From Phaeosaccion multiseriatum (Eukaryota > Protista > Ochrophyta, other classes), in NCBI GenBank assembly GCA_965112735.1, contig OZ218955.1, positions 1,736,001-1,800,000 on the forward strand: 64,000 bases of DNA. Reading direction: 5' to 3'. Position numbers and translations under genes: made by a program. Positions 32,726 through 44,427 of this stretch are shown one piece after another. Numbering within the stretch: the first letter of the stretch is position 1; each line of letters opens with the position of its first letter. The notes under the pieces are model-generated. The model saw only the letters and a program-made list of their open reading frames with translations, made no database searches and was not told the DNA's origin.

Positions 32726-33760
32726 AGAAGAAAAAGGGGGGGGAATTTCGGAGGTAGAATACTAGTCACAGATCGCGCATTTTGTAGTCCAACGCTGGCG
32801 CGCCCATCGTGCTTCACCAACGTCTGTCGCCCCCTTTACGGTGGAGGCGAGCCCCTTTCGCGCGCCACGGTCACGAAACATGACGAAGCCCCCGAAGAGG
32901 ACGAAGATGCGCACACCCCCTTCGCCCCAGCCCACCTCCCGTTCACGTGGCTGAATCTCCTCATCTCGGGCTGGGTCAGCTTGCGGCCCGTCAACAGGCG
33001 CTCGGTGTGGCCCCCCAGCCAGTGGGTAAGGGGCGACGAGTGGGGGAGGAACAACATGGGGGTGGCGTGTGCGCTGAGAGGAAGGGGTCGCGGGGGTGGG
33101 CACATGTTGTGGAGGTGTTGACAGCCTTGCCTTCCCCTGTGTGTCTAGTTCACTTACGTACGTTGTCTAGGAAAGACAATGGGGGGAGGCAGCGAGATAA
33201 GCGTGAATCAGAGACCCATGTATCGCACTGAGCCAGTGCAAGGCCATTCGACAGCGTCGCTCTCGCTCCCGTTGATTGCACCGCTCGACGACTCGCGACA
33301 CGACACACGGGCGTTTCTCAATACACAGGCTTGTCCAAGAGAGCCCTTCAAGTTTTCCTCTCCGATATACACTTAGGCTATATCAGTTTTACGAAGTATT
33401 TCTAACTAGTGTGTGTACGTGTGTGCGTACGCCTAGAGCGCCTCCTACCTAGCCTGCCTCCTTACAAGAGCAAAGCCCCTACAATTTTTTTCCTCTCCCC
33501 CCCCACTCACACCTTGTCGAGGCAGCAGCACTCCCTGGGCCACACACGACCCATGGCGCCTCTCTCCAGAGCGTCCTCCGGCCCTAGAGAAGCATCGCCT
33601 CTTTCGCACCGCTCGCACTGTTCACTCTCCCGCCGCCATGCAACGCTGCTCCACGTGATGTTCCATGGCACCTCGCTCTCGATGCGCGACGCCTTCCCGC
33701 CCATCTCGTCCGTGCGTCTCGGCCCGAATGATGGTCGTCCCTCGTCGCGTCTCAGCCCTT

Positions 33761-35766
33761 TCAGCTCATTTCCTCCGCCATGCTCTCCCACGCTTCGCAG
33801 CCCACACTCCAGGGCCTCTTCAGTGGCGGCATCCCCCTCTCCTTGCCGAAGGTCGGATCGGTCCTTCGCATCAGGTCCAGTGCGCTTTGAGATCTGAAGA
33901 AGGCTGCTGCTGCGTCTCTGAGCCGCTGCTCAATCTCAGGGCCCAGTCCCTTCCGCCGTGCCGCAGCCAAGGCCTTGTCAACCGAGGCGTCGGCCGAGAG
34001 GAGCTGCCGTGCAATGCCGCGATGATTCATGTAGATGGCGGCAAGCAGTGGGGTGACGCCGTTCGATCTCTGGGCATCGATCGGGGATCTGGCAGAGATG
34101 AGACGAGCGACGACAACCTCGTGACCATTTTGAGCAGCAAGGTGGAGGGGTGTTACACCATCGCTGGTCGCTTTGTCCACCCTCGCTCCTGCAGAGAGAA
34201 GCCGCTCCACCACGGCCTCGTGACCTCCATGAGCAGCAAGGTGGAGGGGTGTTGCACCGTCAGTTCTCCCTATCTCCACTTCTGCTCCTGCAGAGAGAAG
34301 CCGCTCCACCACGGCCTCGTGACCTTCTTGAGCAGCAAGGTGGAGGGGTGTTACACCATCGTTGTCCACTGTCTCCACCTTTGCTCCTGCAGAGAGAAGC
34401 CGCTCCACCACGGCCTCGCGACCTTCTTCAGCAGCAAGGTGGAGGGGCGTTCTACCATCGTTGTCCACTGTCTCCACCTTTGCTCCTGCAGAGAGAAGCC
34501 GCTCCACCACGGCCTCGTGACCTTCTTCAGCAGCAAGGTGGAGGGGTGTTGCACCATCGTTGCCCGCTGTCTCCACCTTTGCCCCCTCCGCTAGAAGCCG
34601 CTCCACCACGGCCTCGTGACCTCCATGAGCAGCAATGTGGAGGGGCGTTGCACCATGTTTGTTCGTTTTCTCCACCTTTGCTCCTGCAGAGAGAAGCCGC
34701 TCCACCACGGCCTCGTGACCTTCTTGAGCAGCGATCATGAGGGGAGTCCAGCTGTTGTTGGGCCTAGCCTCCACGTTCGCATTCTCATCGAGGAGCTGCT
34801 CCACCACGGACGCATGACCGTTCTTCGAGGCTGCCCAAAGCGGAGTCACGCCCTGGTCATCAGCCTTGTCGATGTTGGCATTGGCCCTGATGAGCCGCTG
34901 TACCACGCTCTCATGCCCTTTTTGGGACGCCACGAAGAGTGGAGTCCTTCCGATGTTGTCTACGTTGTTCACATCCGCGTCCGCTGCAATGAGCTGCTCC
35001 ACGACAGAAGTGTGCCCATTCTGAGAAGCCAGCCAGATCGCAGTCAATCCCTCATTATCAGCAGCATTGACACTGGCCCCCGCCGGAAGGAGCTGTTGCA
35101 CAGTTGTGAAGTGTCCTTTAGCGGCAGCCACAATCAAAGGCGTCACACCTTCGGAAGAAAATTGGTCTACACCGGCCCCGACATTCAACAACCGCCTCAC
35201 CACCTCGTTGTGGCCCGACCAGCTAGCCGCTATCAATGGCGTGTCCCCGGTCGGCCCTCCCCCGGTGCTGAAGGAGGCACCCTCCTGCAGCAGAAGGTCA
35301 ACGACATCCAGCCGATCGTATCTCGCAGCCCATATCATAGCCGTAACGCCATCTTCGTCGACAGGCTTCTCCAAGATGACTTTGCCGTGCTTGGCGACGA
35401 GCTTCCTAACCAGCGCTCTCACAGTGGAGAGGCTTTCCATTCCAACGACGGCCTGATAGAGTCGTTGCATCTTGGGGGGGGGGAGTCAAGCGGGGAGAGT
35501 TCGGGAGAGAAGGCAGTGAGGGAGACAAAGCAAAGGTGGGGAATGGATCGCGCTGAGTACACTGGACGTGTGGAGAAGCATTCCTTCAAGAGTCTGACAC
35601 ACACTCCTCTGATACATTGTCATCCGCTTACGCTGGGCTCGCTCCCCTTCGAGAGGGAGACTCATTTCCGCTCGCTACCCTCACATTATCAACCTTGCTC
35701 CTACGACGGGTCACCGAGCGAGCCCCTGCTGTGCCTTACCTCGGGTGCTCTGGCCCGCTGCGGCAT
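33761..35766 (-). CDS. Ankyrin repeat protein, copy A (14 repeats); 27-nt first exon plus one long exon
   Basis: Exon 1 35766-35740 (MPQRARAPE, ACC-ATG context, donor GAG|GTAAGG), intron 35739-35471, exon 2 35470-33761 (1710 nt) with GxTPLHLAAxxGHxxVVxxLL repeats. Confidence 0.92.
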
Positions 35767-36877
35767 GGTGAGGATGGCTTGGCCTGTCGATCCCCAGCCT
35801 CTCGCAGGAGAGGGCGAGAGCGGGGGGAAGAGAAAATCGGGGGAACCAAGCAGGCGATGCCCGTCCCCCTCAGACGTGTCGCACGAAGACTGTCGGGGAA
35901 GGAGGGCTCCCTCGCCGCGTTGTCCTCACAGCCTGTCACGGTCCTTTCTTCTTACTCTCTGTACAAGGAGAGGCCAACGCGGCGCTAAGCTAGGTGAGAG
36001 CGGAGGGGAACCAAGCCGACCCCTTCCTGACTTAAGACAAGCCCCTCCTCCCCAGGCGTGCCCCACTACAAGTGAAGAGTAAGGAGGGCTCTCTCAATAG
36101 CTTGCCACGCTCTGCCTATCAGGGTCCTTTCCCTTTGCTACATATTCCCGCATAGAAATGAAGAGGCGTCAGAGACACGGAGCCCAGAATATGTCAATGG
36201 CCCAGGCGTAGGCAGCCATTTTTTCAGCGGGGTTGTGGCTCCTTCCTCTAATTCACTTACATCTATCTGTCTGATGCCTTTCACAATGGGGGGTGGCCGC
36301 GAGACAGGCGTGACTCGGTGACCTATGGATCGCACTGAGCCAGTGCAAGGCCATTCCACAGCATCGCTCTCGCTCCCGTTGATTGCACCGCTCGACGACT
36401 CGCGACACGACACACGGGCGTTTCTCAATACACAGGCTTGTCCAAGAGAGCCCTTCAAGTTTTGCTCTCGGATATACACTTCTCTGCGACGTGTAGCGGC
36501 TATATCAGTTTTACGAAGTATTTCTAACTAGTGTGTGTGTACGTGTGTGCGTACGCCTAGAGCGCCTCCTACCTAGCCTGCCCCCCTCCTTAGAAGAGCA
36601 AAACCCCTGCGAAGTCTGCAGGTCCATGCACCAACCCCCCCACTCACACTTTGTCGAGGCAGCAGCACTCCCTGGGCCACACACGACCCATGGCGCCTCT
36701 CTCCAGAGCGTCCTTTAGCCCTAGAGAAGCACCGCCTGTTTCGCACCGCTCGCGCTGTTCACTCTCCCGCCGCCATGCACCGCTCCTCTATGTGATGTTC
36801 CATGATACCTCGCTCTCGATGCATGAAGCTTTCCCGCCCATCTCGTCCGTGCGTCTCGGCCCGAAGGATTGTCGGCC

Positions 36878-38425
36878 ATGTGTACAGACGAGCACGAGTG
36901 ACGCGTCATGTGTTGCCCAGTGCTTATGGGGGAGGAAGTTGGGTGAGTGATTGCAGCAAGCATTCCCTCCAACAGCCCGTCTTTCCCTCTAGGTAGCTAC
37001 CCCCCCTCTACCTTCTTCGTCTCCTCACGGGCGGCTATTACGTCTGGGCTTTGGGGGCGGGGAGGGAGAGTTCATTGAGGGAAGACGGCCTCGCGTCCTG
37101 ACGTGCTCAGTTGCTCAGTTGTCAGTGGTCAACAAGTTAGTCCTCAGTGGCCTCTTACTAAGTCTCAATGCCCTCTTACCACTGTGCCCTGCGCACTGTG
37201 CTTGTATGAGCGCAATCAGAATCCCCTCCCATCGAGACTGAACTGAGACTGAAACTGCTGGAACGGTAGGCCCCTCCAAGTCCTGACCCCTTTCCTCCCC
37301 CAAGAGTAAGGCCTTAAGGTTTGTAGCAGTAATGCAAACTAACGCGAGCACCAGCATCCATGCTACTTAGCTTCTTTAGTTGCACGCGAGAAAGCTGAGG
37401 ACGCAAGAGCTGCTGTTAAGTCAATGCTTGGCACTTGCTTGGCGTCGACACGCCCCAAGTCCTGACCTGACCCTTCCAGAGGCCTACAGAGGTGTACGTG
37501 AGGACTAACCAAAGGCCTACATAAGGGTCTGCAGACGCTTACGTAAGCCCCATAGAAGTCCTCTTGCCTCTCCCGTGGGTCGGTGACCGAGTTCGTTTGC
37601 CACTTTTTCAAGTGAAGATGGATAGGACGATCCACGACAGACATGCGCTGATGATTACGTTGTAGCGAAGTGGTAATCTAGCCGGTAGGAGGCCTTTGTG
37701 AAGACGGTAGGAACCAATGGAGGGTGCAGCGGTGGCTCACAAGACTCTGCTCGATGACGGGAGTGAGTGAGGTGAGTGTGAGTGAGTGAGTGAGTGAGTG
37801 AGTGAGTGAGTGAGTGAGTGAGTGAGTGAGCATGAGTGAGTGGCTTGCCTTTGCCTCCACACGAGCACAGCACCCCACTGCTGGCATCACCTTCGCGTAT
37901 GCGCTTGTGCCGGAGATCGGGGGAATTGTGCCCCCTCCAATCTACGACCACTTGGGCTGTGTGTTACTATGTGGTTTATCTGGGGCGCAGCCCCCCTCCA
38001 ATCTACGACCAATTGCTGTGCCCGCCTGCGGCGCCCGACCCAAGAGCCTTATGGGCATGGCATATCGTATCTCGATTTTGGAATGCCTCCGCCCACCCGA
38101 GCGAGCGGAACTGCCGATGTGCGTCGTACCCAAAGAAAGTCCTTCGCCTCACAAGCTCAAGCACTGTTTTGAACCTATTTGCTAGCTACCCCAGTGTGAA
38201 TCCCAGCCCCCCCCCCTCCCAACCCCATTCCTTTTGCTTCGCTCCCAAAGTCATTCCCGCCAAGTCGATCTGAATGTGCTCTAGACGGTGCCTCTCACAC
38301 ATCGCATCGTGGTATGCCCATACCCCCCATGGCCTGACTGGTGCAAACGAGCGAGAGCAATCCTCTTTAGTCTCAGTCGTTGTCCCCCCCCCATCTCGCA
38401 TTCGCCCAGGCCCCCTTCTCTTGAC
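36878..38425. other. About 1.55-kb insertion/replacement unique to unit B, abutting the ankyrin B stop codon
   Basis: Homology to units A and C stops at ~36877 and resumes at 38426. The segment contains (GAGT)n, short direct and inverted repeats and no convincing ORF. Confidence 0.8.
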
Positions 38426-38426
38426 T

Positions 38427-40113
38427 TCAGCTCATTTCCTCCGCCATACTCTCCCACGCCTCGCTCCCGACACTCCAGGGCCCCTCCAGCGGCGGCATCC
38501 CCCTCTCCTTGCCGAAGGTCGGATCGGTCCTTAGCATCAGGTCCAGTGCGCTTTGAGATCTGAAGAAGGCTGCTGCTGCGTCTCTGAGCCGCTGCTCAAT
38601 CTCGGGGCCCAGTCCATTCCGCCGTGCCGCAGCCAAGGCCTTGTCAACCGAGGCATCGACCGAGAGGAGCTGCCGTGCAATGATGTGATGATTGTTGTAG
38701 ATGGCGGCAAGCAGTGGGGTGACGCCGTTCGATCTCTGGGCATCGATCGGGGATCCGGCAGAGATGAGACGAGCGACGACAGCCTCGTGACCTTGTTGAG
38801 CAGCAAGGTGGAGGGGTGTTACACCATTGTTGATCGCTGTCTCCACCTTTGCTCCCGTAGAGAGAAGCCGCTCCACCACCGCCTTGCGACCTTCTTGGGC
38901 AGCAACGTGGAGGGGTGTTGCACCATCGTTGGCCGCTGTCTCCACCTTTGCTCCCTTTGAGAGAAGCCGCTCCACCACGGCATCGTGACCTCCAAAAGCA
39001 GCAAGGTAGAGGGGTGTTGCACCATGGTTGTCCGCTGTCTCCACCTTTGCTCCTGCAGAGAGAAGCCGCTCCACCACGGCCTCGTGACCTTCTTGAGCAG
39101 CGATCATGAGGGGAGTCCAGCTGTTGTTGGGCCTAGCCTCCACGTTCGCATTCTCATCGAGGAGCTGCTCCACCACGGACGCATGACCGTGCTTCGAGGC
39201 TGCCCAAAGCGGAGTCACGCCCTGGTCATCAGCCTTGTCGATGTTGGCATTGGCCCTGATGAGCCGCTGTACCACGCTCTCATGCCCTTTTTGGGACGCC
39301 ATTAGGAGTGGAGTCCTTCCGATGTTGTCTACTTTGTTCACATCCGCGTCCGCTGCAATGAGCTGCTCTACGACGGAGGTGTGCCCATTGTGAGATGCCA
39401 TCCAGATCGAAGTAACTCCCTCATTATCAGCAGCATTGACACCGGCCCCCGCCGGAAGGAGCTGCTGCACAGTTGTGAAGTGCCCTTCAGCGGCAGCCAC
39501 AATCAAAGGCGTCATCCCGTTGAGAGCGGCTTGGTCTACATCGGTCCCGACATTCAACAGCCGCCTCACCACTTCGTTGTGCCCCCGCCGGCTAGCCGCT
39601 ACCAATGGCGTGGTCCCGTGCGACCCTCCCCCGGTGCTGAAGGAGGCACCCTCCTGCAGCAGAAGGTCAACGACATCCAGCCGACCGCAAACCGCAGCAC
39701 ATATCATAGCCGTAAGGCCTTCTTCATCGACAGGCTTCTCCAAGATCGCTTTGCCGTGCTTGGCGGTGAGCTTCCTAACCAGCGCTCTCACAGTGGAGAG
39801 GTTTTCCATTCCAACGATGGCCCGATGGAGTCGTTGCGTCTTGTCCATGCGAGCAGCGTTAGGGAGAGAAGACAAGTGAGGGCGACAAGCGAAGGTGGAG
39901 AATGGCGAATCGGACTCAGTACACTGGACTGGAGGAGCATTCCGCAAACACTCCTCCCACACGTTGTCATCCGCTTACGCTGGGCGCGCTCCCCTTCGAA
40001 AGGGAGACTCATTTCCGCTCGCTACCCTCACATTATCAGCCTTGCTCCTACGACGGGTCACCGAGCGAGCCCCTGCTGTGCCTTACCTCGGGTGCTCTGG
40101 CCCGCTGCGGCAT
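38427..40113 (-). CDS. Ankyrin repeat protein, copy B (11 repeats)
   Basis: Exon 1 40113-40087 (MPQRARAPE); intron with CTAAC branch-like motif and ACAAG acceptor; exon 2 39839-38427 (1413 nt, copy A minus 3 x 99 nt). Confidence 0.92.
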
Positions 40114-41244
40114 GGTGAGGATGGCTTGGCCTGTCGCTCCCCAGCCTCTCGCAGGAGAGGGTGAGAGCGGGGGGAAGAGAAAATCGGGGGAACCAAGCAG
40201 GCGATGCCCGTCCCCCTCAGACGTGTCGCACGAAGAGTGTCGGGGAAGGAGGGCTCCCTCGCCGCGTTGTCCTCACAGCCTGTCACGGTCCTTTCTTCTT
40301 ACTCTCTGTACAAGGAGAGGCCAACGCGGCGCTAAGCTAGGTGAGAGCGGAGGGGAACCAAGCCGACCCCTTCCTGACTTAAGACAAGCCCCTCCTCCCC
40401 AGGCGTGCCCCACTACAAGTGAAGAGTAAGGAGGGCTCTCTCAATAGCTTGCCACGCTCTGCCTATCAGGGTCCTTTCCCTTTGCTACATATTCCCGCAT
40501 AGAAATGAAGAGGCGTCAGAGACACGGAGCCCAGAATATGTCAATGGCCCAGGCGTAGGCAGCCATTTTTTCAGCGGGGTTGTGGCTCCTTCCTCTAATT
40601 CACTTACATCTATCTGTCTGATGCCTTTCACAATGGGGGGAGGCAGCGAGATAAGCGTGAATCAGAGACCCATGTATCGCACTGAGCCAGTGCAAGGCCA
40701 TTCGACAGCGTCGCTCTCGCTCCCGTTGATTGCACCTCTCGCTTGACGACTCGCGACACGACACACGGGCGTTTCTCAATACACAGGCTTGTCCAAGAGA
40801 GCCCTTCAAGTTTTCCTTTCGGATATATACTTCTCTGCGACGTGTAGGGGCTATATCATTTTAATTTCTAACTAGTGTGTGTGCGTGTGTGTGTACGTGT
40901 GCGTACGCCTAGAGCGCCTCCTACCTAGCCTGCCCCCCTCCTTAGAGGAGCAAAACCCCTACGAAGTCTGCAGATCCATGCACCAACCCCCCCACTCACA
41001 CCTTGTCGAGGCAGCAGCACTCCCTGGGCCACACACATGGCGCCTCTCTCCAGAGCGTCCTCAGGCCCTAGAAAAGCACCACCTCTTTCGCACCGCTCGC
41101 GCTGTTCACTCTCCCGCCGCCATGCACCGCTGCTCTATGTGATGTTGCATGGTACCTCGATCTCAATGCGTAAAGCTTTCCCGCCCATCTCGCCCGTGCG
41201 TCTCGGCCCGAATGATGGTCGTCCCTCGTCACGTCTCAGCCCTT

Positions 41245-43144
41245 TCAGCTCATCTCCTCCGCCATGCTCTCCCACGCCTCGCAGCCCACACTCCAAGGCC
41301 TCTTCAGTGGCGGCATCCCCCTCTCCTTGCCGAAGGTCGGATCGGTCCTTCGCATCAGGTCTAGTGCGCTTTGAGATCTGAAGAAGGCTGCTGCTGCCTC
41401 TCTGAGCCGCTGCTCAATCTCACGGCCCAGTCCATTCCGCCGTGCCGCAGCCAAGGCCTTGTCAACCGAGGCATCGGCCGAGAGGAGCTGCCGCATAATG
41501 CCGTGATGATCGTTGTAGATGGCGAGAAGCAGTGGGGTGAAGCCGTTCGACCTCCGTGCATCGATCGGGGATCTGGCAGAGATGAGACGAGCGACGACAA
41601 CCTCGTGACCATTTTGAGCAGCAAGGTGGAGGGGTGTTACACCATCGTCGTACACTGTCTCCACGATTGCTCCTGCAGAGAGAAACCGCTCCACCACGGC
41701 CTCGTGACCTTTTCCAGCAGCAAGGTGGAGGGGTGTTACACCATCGTTGTCCGCTGTCTCCACCTTTGCTCCTGCAGAGAGAAGCCGCTCCACCACTGCC
41801 TCCTGACCTTCTTGAGCAGCAATGTGGAGGGGTGTTACACCATCGTTGGCCGCTGTCTCCACCTTTGCTCCTGCAGAGAGAAGCCGCTCCACGACGGCCT
41901 CGTGACCTTCTTGAGCAGCAAAGTGGAGGGGCTTTGCACCATCTTTCTCCGCTGTCTCCACCTTTGCTCCTGCAGAGAGAAGGCGCTTAACCACGGCGTC
42001 GTGACCTTCTTGAGCGGCAAAGTGTAGAGGAGTGGCGCCCTCGGGGTGAGACGCGAGTACGTCCGCCCCTGCAGCCAAAAGGAACTTCACCACGGCCAAA
42101 TACCCTCTGAGAGCAGCGATCATGAGAGGAGTAAAGCCCCCATCGCTCCTGGCATGCACGTTGGCATGCTCATCGAGGAGCTGCTGCACGATGGACGCAT
42201 GCCCGCCCTCCGAGGCTACCCACAGTGAAGTGAAGCCACTCTCATCAGCCCTTTCGATGTTGGCGTTGGCCCCGATCAGCCGCTGTACCACGCTCCCATG
42301 GCCGCTTTGGGACGCCATTAGGAGTGGAGTCCTTCCCATGTTGTCTACTTTGTTCACATCCGCGCCCGCTGCAATGAGCTGCTCTACGACGGAGGTGTGC
42401 CCATTGTGAGATGCCATCCAGATCGAAGTACATTCCTCATTATCAGCAGTATTGACACGGGCCCCCGCCGCAAGGAGCTGCTGCACAATAATGAAGTGCC
42501 CTTCAACGGCAGCCACAATCAAAGGCGTCATCCCGTCGAGAGCGGCTTGGTCTACATCGGCCCCAACGTCCAACAGCCGCCTCACCACCTCGTTGTATCC
42601 CGACCCGCTAGCCTCTATCAATGGCGTGGTCCCGTGCGACCCTCCCCCGGTGCTGAGAGAAGCCCCCTCCTGCAGCAGAAGGTCAACGACATCCAGTCGA
42701 TCGTATCTCACGGCCCATATCGTAGCCGTAGAGACGTCTTCGTCGACAGGCTTCTCCAAGATCGCTTTGCCGTGCTTGGCGACGAGCTTCCTAACCAGCG
42801 CTCTCACAGTGGAGAGGCTTTCCATTCCAGTGATGGCCTGATAGAGTCGTTGCATCTTGCTTGTCCATGCGAGCAGCGTTTGGGAGAAAAGACAATGAGG
42901 GCGGTAAGCAAATGGTGGGTAATGGATCGCGCTCAGTACACTGGACTGGAGGAGCATTCCTTCAAGAGCCTAGTGCAAACACTCCTCCCACACGTTGCCA
43001 TCCGCTTACGCTGGGCGCCCTCCCCTTCGAAAGGGAGATTCATTTCCGCTCGCTACCCTCACATTATCCACCTTGCTCCTACGACAATTCACCGAGCGAG
43101 CCCCTGCTGTGCCTTACCTCGGGTGCTTTGGCCTCCTGCGACAT
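41245..43144 (-). CDS. Ankyrin repeat protein, copy C (13 repeats)
   Basis: Exon 1 43144-43118 (MSQEAKAPE); exon 2 42855-41245 (1611 nt, copy A minus 99 nt). Confidence 0.92.
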
Positions 43145-43433
43145 GGTGAGGATGGCTTGGCCTGTCGCTCCCCAGCCTCTCGCTGGAGAGGGCGAGAGCG
43201 GGGGGAAGAGAAAATCGGGGGAACCAAGCAGGCGATGCCCGTCCCCCTCAGGCGTGTCGCACGAAGAGTGTCGGGGAAGGAGGGCTCCCTCGCCGCCTTG
43301 TCACGGTAAAAACATAAATACAATGGCCCTCCCCTCCCTCCTGCGTGTCCTTGACGGTTGGTCCTCTGCTCACAGATGGAAAGCAATTTTTTATTTTTTT
43401 CTCCCATTGTTTTCCTCCCTTTCCTCCTCTTCA

Positions 43434-44391
43434 ATGGGAAAGGTAAGGTGCCTCCCTTGTCTTCTTCCTCTTCTCCTCCTTTCTCTTCTTGTTACCTCTC
43501 TCTGTCTCACTCTGTCGCTCCTCCCGCTCTTCTGGTTGCTTTTCTTGTTCTCCCTCCCCCCCCCCTCTCTCTCTCTCTCTCTCGATCAGTCTCTAGCTCT
43601 CTCTCAATCTCTCTCTCCCGCCCCCCCCTTTCTCTCTCTTTCACTCTCTCGCGCTCTCTCCCACCCGCTCTGCCGATCAAGTTCCGGCTCTATTGTGGAC
43701 TCACTCAGCTGCATACCCAGCAATCCCCAACCTAACAGACGCGCTGCTGCTGTTGTTTGTTGCTGCCCTCCCCCCTCCCCATCCATCAAGGACGAGGGGC
43801 ACAAGCGTCTAAAGAAAGAGAAAAAAGAGGAGAAGAAGAAGAAAAAGAAGGAGAAGAAGGCCAAGAAGAAGTCAAAGAGTTTGGACAAGCATCATGAAAA
43901 GACCACCAGCAGCACGGGGAACAAAGCGCCAGATAGCACCGATAGCGATGTCAGCGACAGCGACAACAGCAGCACGAACAACAGAGGCCAGGATCAGGCC
44001 AATGCCTCGGCCTCGCAGGGAAAGAGCCCCAGCGGCCCGGTGGATCCTCAGCTTCAAATGCACCTCGCCAACCGACAGTTGGCGCTCAAGCAGCAGCAGG
44101 AGAAGCAGCAACAGTTGATGATACGTCAGCAGCAGACGGGCAAGGAGCTGAGCGCAGCGGCGGCAGAGAAGCTCCTCAACGAGAGAAGCGCCCAGCAGAG
44201 CAAAAAGAGAGGCGCGAGGGCAGGCAGCATCACACCCACAAAGCTCTCGGCGGTGGATCTCGCAGAGCGGCAGAGGAGGAACGCCGCTCGCTTTGCTAAC
44301 GTGGCACCGACACCGAGCGGTACGGGTGGAGGAGTGGTAGCAGCAGTTGGTGGTACAGCAGCAGGCGCGGCGAAAGGAAGAAAGAGAAAGC

Positions 44392-44427
<36 letters not shown>

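Larger units (their letters stand above)
33149..43307. repeat. Tandem segmental triplication (units ~33149-35942, 35943-40289, 40290-43307), each carrying one ankyrin gene
   Basis: Near-identical non-coding blocks recur, e.g. CACTGAGCCAGTGCAAGGCCATTC at ~33226, ~36333 and ~40680; 35740-36250 closely matches 40087-40597. The junction GTCACGGT ends at 35942, 40289 and 43307. Confidence 0.95.

Noticed and set aside
33400-33435. Helitron 3' end (GTACG-N6-CGTAC hairpin followed by CTAG|T on the minus strand) in each ankyrin unit
   Set aside because: The stem is weak and lies in a TG-rich tract, and homology between units continues on both sides, so it is not an element boundary.
34616-36082. Long plus-strand ORFs opposite the ankyrin and FNIP genes (also 30716-31672, 33665-34594, 41371-42027)
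   Set aside because: Antisense shadows of repetitive GC-rich coding sequence; no domain, and broken by stops at different places in the paralogs.
37931-38011. CRISPR-like repeat-spacer-repeat (20-bp repeat, 41-bp spacer)
   Set aside because: Only two repeats, not palindromic, eukaryotic context and no cas genes.
29600-43307. Intact endogenous giant virus or autonomous transposon
   Set aside because: No capsid, polymerase, packaging ATPase, integrase, transposase or reverse transcriptase ORF, and no terminal repeats bounding the island were seen.
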